This document shows, piece after piece, positions 1 through 12,300 of a stretch of DNA of 64,000 nt; the stretch's first letter is position 1, and each line of letters opens with the position of its first letter. The position numbers and the translations under genes are program-made. Below the pieces are notes generated by a model. The model saw only the letters and a program-made list of their open reading frames with translations, was not told where the DNA came from and did not search any database. Origin of the DNA: Phoronis australis (lineage: Eukaryota; Animalia; Phoronida); contig NMRA01000485.1 of assembly GCA_002633005.1 (NCBI GenBank), positions 266,419 to 330,418 of the forward strand, in the 5' to 3' direction.

Positions 1-643
1 AAACTGAAATTGAATTTTCTTGATTCAATTTTGGCATTCATCATTTCTCGAATAACGGACAACGCATTTTGTATCAACAGTCCAACAATAAATTTTTCAT
101 AAATCGTCATTTTCATGTGTCTCTATAATGGGCAACGTGGATGTGAATGATTGTTTGTCGTTGATTATATCTCTAATTTGGGATGTCGAGTATTGACTAT
201 TTCTAAAATTCTAAATATTTCCATTAGCAAAATTATTTTTTTTTCACTGGAGAAGTTTTTGTATTTTGAGGAAAAAAATTGGTCACTTATGTTATTAACA
301 GTTTTATGACTAATCATGTTATTTTACACTGAACTTCAAGTGGTCGAGTGTCTAGACGGAGACATCGCTAATAAGATTGCTCGTAAAAAATCCTTCGATG
401 ACATTTTACCTGTCGAGATTGGGCAACTCGATATCCGTCGGCATTGGTCAAAGACACCACATTGTTGTAGTTATCAATTAGATTGTTTCAGGCTAATGTT
501 ATTGTACTCTAGGTAATCAGGCCCATCATAAAGAAACTTGGAGCAACAATAGTATTTTTGTTTTGAAAGTTTCTAAATAGTATGTTGTTGAATAGTTCAC
601 GAAAAGTACATGTAGGTTTTTGAATTTTGAAATTTGGACATGA

Positions 644-1114
644 GAGTGGCGGATCTAGGATATTATAAGGGGGGGAGGGGGGCAAAATTTTGTCTCATAA
701 AGAATCATGCAAAGTACGATTGTAGAGATGCCTAGCACTGAATGGGGAGAGGTTGGGAGGGGGGGCTTTCTCCCCTCCCGCCCACGAGAAAATTTTGTTT
801 TTGCCTCTAAAAACAAGCATTTTCCTTGATTCCTGAAGTATTATCAAAGCAAAAGAAAAAACGGAACGTGTCCATCTGGAAAATCTTTAGATGCTGCGCT
901 CTTCAACTCACGACCCGTCTGCCTAAACGCTCGCGCTTTACCACTGCAGCACCGTGCTTCCACTTACGATACGATACAAAGAGAAATACTCGACATTGTT
1001 CACAGCATTTGGGCGCTAAACCTGTTTCTTTCTGTAATGTTTATTACACGCTTTATACATGTATTTATGCAATCAGTTCATAACAAAAGTCCCCCCCCCC
1101 TAAATCCGCCTGTG
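644..1114. mobile_element. MITE with GGCGGATCTA/TAAATCCGCC TIRs and subterminal G/C runs
   Basis: Reads AGTGGCGGATCTAGG..GGGGGGG at the left end and CCCCCCCCTAAATCCGCCTGTG at the right. Related to 44472-44625. No clear TSD. Confidence 0.65.
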
Positions 1115-1600
1115 TTGTGACTTTTACATCCTGAAATGTTTGTACAATACTGCCATATAATGTTCTTCATTAATTCTGCTGGATGTGCAACATACATGTT
1201 ATTGAGCCAGTTACCAAACTACTAGGCAGCAGGTAAGCCAAGTGTCATCGTACAATTCTCGGCATGTGATTTGTCTCCAGTATAATCTACATTCTTGTGC
1301 TATTCAGTGTTAACTTCATACAGCATTTGAGAGCAGAATTTACACCCATAGTCATTACCCGTCTCATGTATTGGTAAGATGTAAAGGGTGCATGGTTTGA
1401 TATTAATAAAACTGTGAAGTATTGTGCAGGACAGTGTGTCAGAAGTAAATACAGTGCTCCCTGGAGTTTCACTCATCTGTATTTTGACTTGCTCTGTTTT
1501 CATGTTGAGCAACAAGTCATGCTTAGATTTTAAGTTTTTGAGTTGAGGTAATGATCTGTGATGTTGTGATTATGTTGTTGAGAGGACAGTCCTTTGAATG

Positions 1601-1833
1601 CAGAGTTTGGAATGACCAATGACAAAAAAGAAAATTTTCCAGGTGATGTATCGTTCCACAAATAAATGGGCTTGTGAGATACAACTATTTTTTGTGGGTA
1701 AAATTGAACTGAACTAAAATGTTCTTGCATGAATTAAGTCGAAATAATGATAAAGAGGAAACTGGAAGTCAAGTAGGAGGAAATCGAAGCAAAAAAGAGG
1801 AAATCCTCTTAAAACGGGAAAATTCCAAGCCCG
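1601..1833. mobile_element. MITE, CAGGGCTTGGAAT-TIR family, subtype A (degenerate copy)
   Basis: Reads CAGAGTTTGGAATGACCAATGA...AATTCCAAGCCCG. The interior is homologous to 18838-19097. Confidence 0.75.
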
Positions 1834-3304
1834 AGACTGATTAATAGCTGGTTTCCTATCTGACAGTTCAATTAATTTATTTTTTGTTTATTTAGGATAT
1901 GCCATGTGCTGGTCTAATTTGGAATGTTATCACGGATTGTTAAACTGCTTTCTGAGCTCTCCAAATTGTAATCCGTAGGCCCACACTAGTGTTTGATACT
2001 ATGTTACTTAGACGTGGAGTCCGGACAGATTATCTACCCATGTAACCATGTATAGTATTTTCAGACGAAAAACGCACGTCTCTTACCATATAGCATGAAA
2101 AGCATTGCCAAGCAACCATTTCCGCTTTTGAACTTCATCTGCTTCCTTTTCGTACAAATTGTCTCTTTATCAAACTATTTTTGGGCGTTCTCACGAAATG
2201 TCGACGTCATGACCGTTGATTAGCAGTTCTAGGCGAGCCTACGCATGGACAAGATGGTCTCTCCACCTGGCGACTGGGCACATCCCAAAAAGTATTGAGA
2301 CTGTTTTGACCAATTACCCCAAGGGCATATTTCAATTTTGAACCAAGGTGATTTCATGACCTTTGACCTCAATGAACATCTTGTTGCTACTTGTCAGTTA
2401 CTAATTAACTTGTATAGTCACTTATCTAAAAATTCCTCAGGAAATGTCAGTGTTAATGCATGTTGTGATTCGTAATAAAGTGCCGCTTGATGTTAACTGT
2501 CTTTAGCAATCACTAGGTGGCGTTATAGTCTCTGTCAAGTCAATAGGTGGCTCTACAATCAAGGTACATCTCTTTTGAATGTTCCAAATCTCTAAATAAC
2601 ATATCCCAAACTACAATTAAAGTCAATGAACTTAATCATAACAATGGACATCTCCTGAAAGTGGGGGCACTGGTAATTTGCAATTTTTTAAACAGTGTGT
2701 CCAGTGCTTTTGCTGCTTATTCACAAATTACTGTTTATCAATGAAAGCAGTTGAAAAAGTTATAATTACGGATTCTCAACCAGTTTTTTTATTCGCAAGG
2801 CACGACTTTACTGCTGCGTCATGAGCACGACACTCTAAATTCTTTTTAAGCCTTTTCCTTCATCTAGTGCCTGACGTTGGCTATGCATCGGTCACTATCA
2901 CATTTTCGGAAACTCTATATATTGCACACTGCATCTATGGCCTTGCTCAGTAATTATGATACGCGTCTTCATTAAAAAAAAGTGAGACAAGATGACAATC
3001 AAAACCAATGGAGATATTACAGGATTATATTCATTCAAGCACTTCAACAGGGGCACACAAAACAAACGTAAAAAAAAAAATTTTACACAGCTATCCACAA
3101 TCACGTAAACTTCTTACAACTGAAGACTCGTTGCACTGTGGACATCCTAGTCACCTATTGTCTGAACCAATGAAGTCACTGTTTTCAATTAAATAGCAGT
3201 ACACAGGTTCCAAGATATTTGCTGGGTGTGTACAGAAGTATCGTCAGCCACCGTAAGTACGTCAAATCGTAGTACTTTGGTGTGACTGACACGCGCACGT
3301 GCTC

Positions 3305-6300
3305 CTACTGTTCGGGGGCAGCAGGGGCGCTGGGCTGTCCCTCGCCTCCGATCTGTTTCTTGGTGCCAGACACGATATCATCGATTCTCAACAGTAGGAT
3401 GGCAGTCTGTAACCACAACATGTCACAGGATCACAAACACAGCTGACACATGCCACTAAATTTTCATGGTTCACTTTCAGGCCACCCAAACGACACCGCT
3501 CACACACCAATGACTGTAGCCTCAGTTCACGAACTCTAACTTGAGCCTGCATTCGCAAACCATGACATGTATCCAAAAAACACAGCTCACGGACTCACAT
3601 CCATTAACACGTCGCTGAGCAATAAAGAGTCTGAGCATCATGTTTTCAGGTGCAAAGCCATGTTTGCGGTCCACGAGCCACAGTTTTTGCAGATTGAGTC
3701 AGTGAGCTGAATTAACAGGTTTGAGAACATACTGTTCATATTGCATGTGCTGTGTTGTTCAGGTAGCAGGACTTTTCACAAGGATGGTTATTTTTCCCAA
3801 AAAAGGAAACATGACATGTTATGAATGTTGTAAAGCATTACTGAATGCATGATACGACAATATGACTTGAAAAACAAGTTTTCTCATTGATCACATTAAA
3901 GTTTGTGTGATTTTGATTTAACACCCTTTGTTTTCTCATTTACCGCAAATATTTTTTATTATTTTTATACAGCCATGGCCTAACTTTATACAACACATGT
4001 TGTATTGTTTTCATTTGTTTTATAAATAATTCATTGTACACTTTCATGGAACGGTTTTAGTCAACCAATATTTTATTAAATTGACAGCACACAGCATTGT
4101 GATCATTACTGATTGTTGCATTTTAAATGTTCCCAAAAATGCACAATTAATTCCACCAATCAGGCCTTGGCCTTTTATACAGCACATATTAGCCGTTATA
4201 TATCCCTAACTTTCACAACAAAAATGGCCGTTGTTTAATAAGTATTTATTGACTGGAATACTTAAGGAAGTATCTTCTTTGAAAAACCACTAAGATGTAG
4301 GAATTCCAGGATAGAGGTGTTACAAGATCGGAGTAATGCAAGGAATGACAATATTGCTCTGCTTTCGTACCATATCCTAGAGCTCTTCATAAACCACTGT
4401 ACTGTGTTCCTCATTATCAAAATGACCCAGAATTAACCCAAATGACAACGGAGCACAAGCAGAACCCCCCCAAAGTGAATATCCAGTGCACGCGAACTTC
4501 CCCGTCACAACTGAGCGCAAGAGGAATTTGAGCTAGCATGATAAGACGAGAAACATAATTTCTGAGCGGTTATTTTTGCCATGCACCATGTCTACCACAC
4601 TGCTCAATCTAATGTTTACCTCAATAGCCGTCTTGAACGTCTGTGCCTTGACTGCGAACGGCTCCCACACACCATACTCCTTCATGTCCACCAGTTTCCC
4701 TGATTCTCCATCCACTCCCCAGGTAGCGTTGCCGGCTGTGGCATGCTTTGCCTACAAACACAGTACACCACTATCAATCATAACAGTGGCTGGATCACCA
4801 AATCAAAGGCTCCCTTATGTCAAATGGGAGTACAAACGTTAAACAATAATAAGCACAACAGCATCATTAAACTGCACTAAACCATCAAAACCTAAGAACA
4901 AAGACATCTGTCACTGAAAGTTAAAACACAAATGAATCCTTTTCTTGGGGACAGGCATTCAAAGCAGCCCCATGGCTTCAAAACAACAATTAAGACCAGT
5001 TGTTGGTGCTATGTGCCTTGTGTGGTCATGTAGATCACAGTCTGACCAACACCGGACAGGGGCCACTCACCCTAAGTGCAGTGATGGTCCTGATGGTGTT
5101 GGCGCCACAGTTCTGGATCAGTGTCCTTGGGATGACCTCCAGAGCCCGTGAGATGGCACGGTACGGCCACTGGTGAACCCCTGTGATACTCTTTGCTTTC
5201 TCGTTCAGGGCCTGGGAGTGTGGATAACAAAACAGACATTTTAATATAAAATCCGACAACATGCAGAGCTATGGTAGCACACACAGAATCAATGGCAAAT
5301 CATCAACAAATGTTTCAGCATCTTATTAAAGAGATGCGGATTCAACGTTTTTAAAAACTGAGCATTTTCTCAGTGGCATTTTCGCTGAAGCTCCGTTTTA
5401 CCAATAATTTGCTGCTTGCTCAGTCGATTGGTTCTCAAAACAAAAAAAGAACATTACCGCTGTCAGATACAACCGACAGCTACTACTAACAAATGGTTGT
5501 CCACTGCAAAGCAATCGTCAATCCACTTGAGTAACAAACTTGGAGGATTCTGAACTGGTATTTAAAATGTAAAAATATTAAAATTAAGGTAACTAGTACT
5601 GAAATATATGAATACCGCAAAAGGAAGATAGACTAGACGATGAATTACACCCATTTTACGGTAATGCATAAAACACAAGATCACACGGTCAATTCTCAAA
5701 TTCCTTTACCTCAACTACCACCTTTGTTTCAACTCACCACAGCACAAGCCATCTCACCCGCGCCGCCTCCTGGCACAAGACGAGGATCGACCATGACGTT
5801 ACGAGCGACATTCATGGCGTCCTGGAGATTCCGTTCGACTTCATTAAGAATGTCCTTACTGGCTCCCCGAAGCAGGATGGTACAGGCTTTGGGATTCTTG
5901 CACTCCGTCAGGAATGTGAAGTACCTGCAGTGATGAAGAAGCGCAGTGCAACAAAGGGGAATCCGGTTCTTGTCATGACATTTTCACTAACACAATTGCT
6001 ATTTCGCAAACAGCCCACTATTTTCTCACCACTTTTATCTTTTCACACGTATTGTATCTCATCTCTTGAACATTTCTTCCCCTAACACCACAGTTCAGAA
6101 CAAGAACTTCTGACTCGTAGGTATTCCTTATACCTTATAAGGAGAGAACACCTACGGAGATGTGAAATTGTTGTGTGTGTGTGTGCGTGCGTGTGTGATA
6201 GAAATATGACCACAAAATGTGCAGTACATGAGAAAGTGGACAGAGTGTAATTCTATTAGTCGATCCATTGTGCTGGTGCGTTCAGTATGGTCTTCAGCAA

Positions 6301-9300
6301 ACAATCAAATCTTGTGGAAAAAATATACAGTCTACTTCTAGTAATCAGTTCTTGTTGATTGCCACAAAGAGAAATAATAAGACCAGTGTAGACTTACTCA
6401 TCGCCAATGTTCTTGATCTCATACAGTCCACACTCGGTACCAATGTCGTCCTCTTTCACTTCATCTGTTCGGTTCACGATAGTTGCACCAGTCGCCCTGA
6501 CAATACCCAAGGTGGTAAAACATTTCATACACCCCTTAACAATTACACAGCCGCCAACAGTCGAAAATCAACAAGCGGGATACTTGGGTGTAAGCCATAT
6601 TCACTGCAACGGGCAAATTTTTGCCACAGCACCCAGAAACATCCTGGCATTATTTTTTTAGTCGTACCAACGGAATAGGACTAGGAAATAGGGTGGAAAA
6701 GCACAGAACTATACGAAAATATGTAAACTGCGTCGCGTTTTCCAAAAAGCACGACATTCCCAGGCTGTGGAAAGACACAGGACAAAGCTTCAAAAGTGAA
6801 CGCTGGTGAGTATGCAAATTAGCCATGTCAGTACTGTAGGCAGATCCACGTTAAGTTGGTCTCGTAGAATATCCTAAATAGCAAAAGGGAAGCCTCAAGG
6901 CACAAGGCACAGAAAGGTCTAAGTGATCAAATGTTATACGAATACGGCGTTGCATTGTGCGGGAAACGTGACAGTCACGGGAAATTACTATGTACATGAA
7001 TAAAACAATGAAATCAGCGATGTACAGGACCACCCATCTTCAACATTCATAATATCAACACAAAACCCCATTTGACACTTTTTCCTCCAATGTACAGGAA
7101 TTCAGTGATTTCATAGACTTAGTGTTTGTCACAACTGGATTCAGCCACTGCGTCACCTCACCTGGCTATCCTGTTGTTGTCCGACTTGCGCACCCGTCGT
7201 ATTACGCTAATGTTGGCTTTGACCAGGAAGTGCTGGGCGAGGTCGGACACACCCTTCTCCGTGATCACAAGGTCGGGCTTCAGAGCGATGATGTCATTAC
7301 ACACGTTACGGATGTATTGCTCCTCTAGCTCAAGGATACGGCTGAAATAGGTCAAAGGTAAGGAGACTACAGCATGCGTGACATGGTGAGGTCCTGAAAT
7401 CTCATTCCGCAAGTTACCGAGGTTCTATTTTACCTCTAGCTCAAGTATACGACTGTTAATGCTATGTAGGACCTTATCAACAAGTCCGCAATTATCCAAA
7501 TATCTACAACACTACAGATTTTCACTTAGCAAGTGTTTCTGAAAGGTATATTTGACAACAAAGGCCGCCAATAATTATAAAAATGTTCAAGATCAAATGC
7601 GAAAAGCACCGTTACAATTTTATAAATTTTCATTTCACTTTCATTTAACACAAAACTGACAGCGCCTCCAGCAAAAGTGAAACAGTTTCAAAAGAATTCC
7701 CAAAAGCGCTTTTCAGAACAGTGCATAAAGCATTGTATTTGACAGTTTCATAAGAATTCAATAAGCCATTTCTGAGATGACATTTCTCTAAGGTCCAACA
7801 AAACCTTAAGGGACTACAGCATATGCGACAAGACAGAAGTGTCCGAGTCCATACAAACTCAACGCACCATAGTACGAAGGATTGCAACATGATGATGGGC
7901 TTGATCGCAAACATTTTTAAGTCTGGTTTGCACGCCACCCAATGAACGTAAGTCTGGAAAGATTTCTGCTCCAACCAGGACTCGAATCTGGGATCTTATG
8001 CTAACTGTGCAGACACTCTAGTCCACTGAGTCATTGGAACCACCGGTTGAAAACAGAAATCCAATCAGACGTAGTTGTGGGCTTCATGACCCTTTGACAA
8101 CAAAAAGAATCTGGCTAAATTCAAGGTACAAGGTTACATACTACATTCCGCCATCTACATTTCAGAGCCTAAACAAGTTAGCTTCATGTGTCATTTAACA
8201 CCAAAAGATGAAGCGGCCTAGATGGCTTACGCAAAGTCCATTTCTTTAGTGATCTCAATGTTGGTCTGACTCTCGCCCTTCTTGTACTCCAGTGAACAGT
8301 CTAGCAGCATGATACGCGGATTCTCTATCTTCCTGTAAATGCAAACACACAAAATAAAGTCCGTGTACAGAAAGATGGTACACAATCGCATACCAAAAAA
8401 CAAAGATTGCAAGCGGTGTGCTTTTCGTCAGCAGTGTAAGGAAAAAAGCTAGATATGATAAATGATAAGACTAAACATGGCAGTGTGAGCTGCTAAGTTA
8501 AAATGCGTCATAAAAGAAAATGCGAGCACGAACAGAATTGAACTGAGACATTCTACGGGTACTCATAAGACACGCATGACCTAACAACCGACAAAGAACC
8601 GGGGATATGACAAACACAAGCATGCTTGGACAGTACTAGTATACAGATGGGGAAGATCTGAACAGACTCTCAGATATACTCGAGTGTTCGAAAGCCTAAT
8701 TGTGCCAACTAACAAGAACTTGTAATAGATTCATTGGCCAGGAGTAACAATAAGCCAAAGCTTGTGTTAGTAATTCTGAGTAGACCACTGACTGGCAGGT
8801 TAAACCTAAAATGACCAGAAGAAGGAATCCTACTAAATCTGAAGTGTTAAACAACGAGCATGGAACTTATTAAAAACTTTAGATCTACGGAAAAATGTAG
8901 CTGAACCTGAAACCCTACAGTACTGAAGGACCATACCTCCTCATTTTGGGGTGGACAACATCCTTGTTGAACATGACACCTTTAAGAACACTAGACTCCT
9001 CTATGGTACCACCAGGTATCTACAAAAGTAAAAACATGTCAACTGAACAGTACAAGTGGTAGTTCGTGTTGAATCTGTTTCTAACACACCACATCCCCTT
9101 ACAAGTGTAATGTCGAGTAATTAGCACAAGTCAGTATCACAATGTACAGCGTTTGGAGACTTTGACCAAGATGGTGAAAATACGATTTGCTGAAGGAAAA
9201 GCCAAGGGTTTAAGAGCAAAACTCTCACAAATATAGCAGCTTTTGAAATGAAGTTGACAATGTCGAAATTCAGTTAAGTTTCAGCACACAAAACCGCGCC

Positions 9301-12300
9301 TAAACATTCATTTCTTTTTACAAGAACCCACTTCAATTTTGGCTAAATCTCTGCAAAATCTCGATAGGTGTTGCTCCACACACATAGTCGAACTGGCGAC
9401 AACTAACAGTGCAATTCCATTAATAAATAAACAAACAGTCGCTAGGTATGATATCATCATGTTGAACTCTGACAAAAGGTCAACAAAAATGCTATTTCAT
9501 TGGAGCAAGTTTGGCTGGTCTGCCAAATAAGTCTGGCAGAGTTCTGTCAAAGTTTGCGTAATTTACATTGAAAACTAATGTACAGCACATGAAAGAGACA
9601 TGAAAATGCATAATGTTGCAATGCACCAGTAACCAACAGGAAGCAGCTACGGTTGCTCGTGTCATTGAAGAAGACTTTTCAGTATACACAATATTAAAAT
9701 TTTCGAGGCCTTATCAAATTTAGGTTTACCTAGATTAAACACATTAAAAATAGCAACTATTTGCACACAGTTCACCTCAGTCTATCAACCCTTCCTTCTA
9801 ACTTTGCCTGCTGTCCCTAGGTGTCTCCACTGCTATGCAGTGAGCAGAAAAGTCCACTATATAAAAATGCTGAAACAAAGTGGCAAAACAACTCCAAAAT
9901 TACTCACTTTTTCAACTTTGGCGTATCGCTTAATATCAATCTCCTTCCTCCCATTCTCCTCCATAGCAACGGTTGCCGTGGCATCAATGGCTATTTGACA
10001 AGCTAAGTCAGACCTGGAGGAGCACAACGTGTTAACTAAACAATCACCACTGTCACCGAGCACTCAAGAATAACTACCCTCACATGAAACCACGACCGCC
10101 TTGGTTTAATTCCTCGTTCAGAAGTGGAACGTCAAAAAACAGATCCGATGTTTAAAACAAGCGTTCACAAAAGGCGTCCTCACTGCAGTCTTATGCGTAT
10201 TTAGCAGAGATTAGACTCAGACCACAATTGGTACAATGGAATGGAACTGCAACAATGATAAGCAGACAGAACTGCTGTCTGATTTAGGACAAACGACAAG
10301 ACAGATGAGATGTGAACCTTTTCCATGAGGCATATCGGACACTTTGACTCTGAACCCTACATAATTTAACACACAAAGAGAAAGCACTCTTATGATGCAA
10401 CATTACAAAATAATGTCTGTATGTCCGGTCTGACCCATTATGTACATAAGGGCACAAGTTCAGGTGACTAGCCAGTCACACTATACATTCAACGGTCGTT
10501 AACGCCCATCTGTGTCCAGCTTGCTAGTGAGATACTGAACTCACAACATAAAATTTGAAGATATATTAAGCTACTTTCAAGGATCATGACGTGGGGTTGG
10601 AAAAATCGCACACCAGAGGTCGCCACAGGAAAATGCTATCTTCACGCGAAATGCTGGAACAAGCATCAGCAGAAGTACAGCATAATTATATTCAAACCGA
10701 GAAGACAGCGAAAGTGAAGATTTTCTGGTTACTTCAAAAAACTTACGCAGGGTGTTTATTTTTGTCATATGGCTGACCTTTGACCTAATGTGCTGTATTT
10801 CCATGTTTCCCCAAGTTATCTGTGGACACAGGTTGTTGTCACTGTCTTGCATTAGCCTAACAACCTCGACAGCGGTGTAAAAGAGTGCCGTGAACTTTGC
10901 ACTGTTGTTGCAATATACCCCCTTTAGTTGCAAATCAAACTCTTTGTTGCGGGTCAAAACACGGTATTCGTGCCAGTTCAACTCAACATATCCGCTCTGC
11001 AAGCTAACCACTCACCATTTCCTAATGAACTTTGTTCCTACACAACTCTTGACTATCTTTAGCATTTCCTCCCTATTGTTGACATCCACTGGTATACTGA
11101 AACAGTAAGCAACGCATTACAAACACCGCTGACCTACAGCCATTTCTGATACAATGGCAATGGACTGTTCCAAGAAAAGAAAGTCCTGAGCCCTTTAGTA
11201 CTACATGCAGCAATTTTTGTTAAAATCTGAAGAGAGCAGATATTTTGCAACCTCTTGTATTGATGATGTTTACTTGTCAATCATACTGCACAGTAACCAT
11301 GACAATGTCCCAATACAGCAGGATCCCTGTAATAGACGGCACTACCATTTAAGATGACCTAAATATCATAAAAGCGCACAGAACAGCCTTGGGAATGATC
11401 TATGACCTGTGTACCTGACTTGGTCGCGTAGTATTTCCACAAGATCTTCCAGAGCCTGCCTGTAGGCACCAATGATGACGGTGGGGTGCATCTCCTGCTC
11501 CAGGAACTGCTGGGACACGGCCAGCACCTCACCGGCTGAAATATCAACAGGGGTGACTGAGGTCAGCTGATAAGGTCATCAAGGTTTAGGAAGGTCAGCT
11601 GACGAGGTCAACAAGGGTTAGTAAGGCTAGCTGACGAGGTCATCAAGGACTGGCACGAGACACCGACAGTCTGATTACATGCGGATGCGACAATACAGTA
11701 ATTTTCAAATTAAGTTGACGGAGCACCTATTCATTGACAGTTGGTGAAACTTCGGAGAGTACAGGCCAAAATGTAATTTATTAGTAGGCTGTTAGTGACA
11801 GACTAAACAAAATTTCATTTTCAATATCTGGTATAAGAATTCGATAAATCACCTTTTTACAAAACTAAACCCAAAATTGACATTTTTCATTTTTCATGGG
11901 ACTCTGACATTGCTGTGCTCATAACATTGTCTAAGGGTAGCTATCTAGTATAACAAATTCACTTTATACTACTTATCTTTCATGAAAATAAAATTTCACC
12001 TCTTATATTGTCTCCCAAATTAGTGAGATTTATCCGTACAAAGTCATTCTATTCAAAACTTCTAACAACGCATTATGTGATAATGGTAATATAGAAATAA
12101 CACCACAGGACACTAATGACAGTTTAACAATGACAAGTCACAACACAGCTTATGGTATTAGCTTTCCAACATCCACTCTAGATAATTCCACTCCTAATAC
12201 GGACACATCTAAGAGCCCTTTCTTGATGCAAGTTTTACTTTGGGGTGGGCGTAAGTACAAAATCATGCCATGCGGACAAGTCACTGCTTACCCAGAATGA

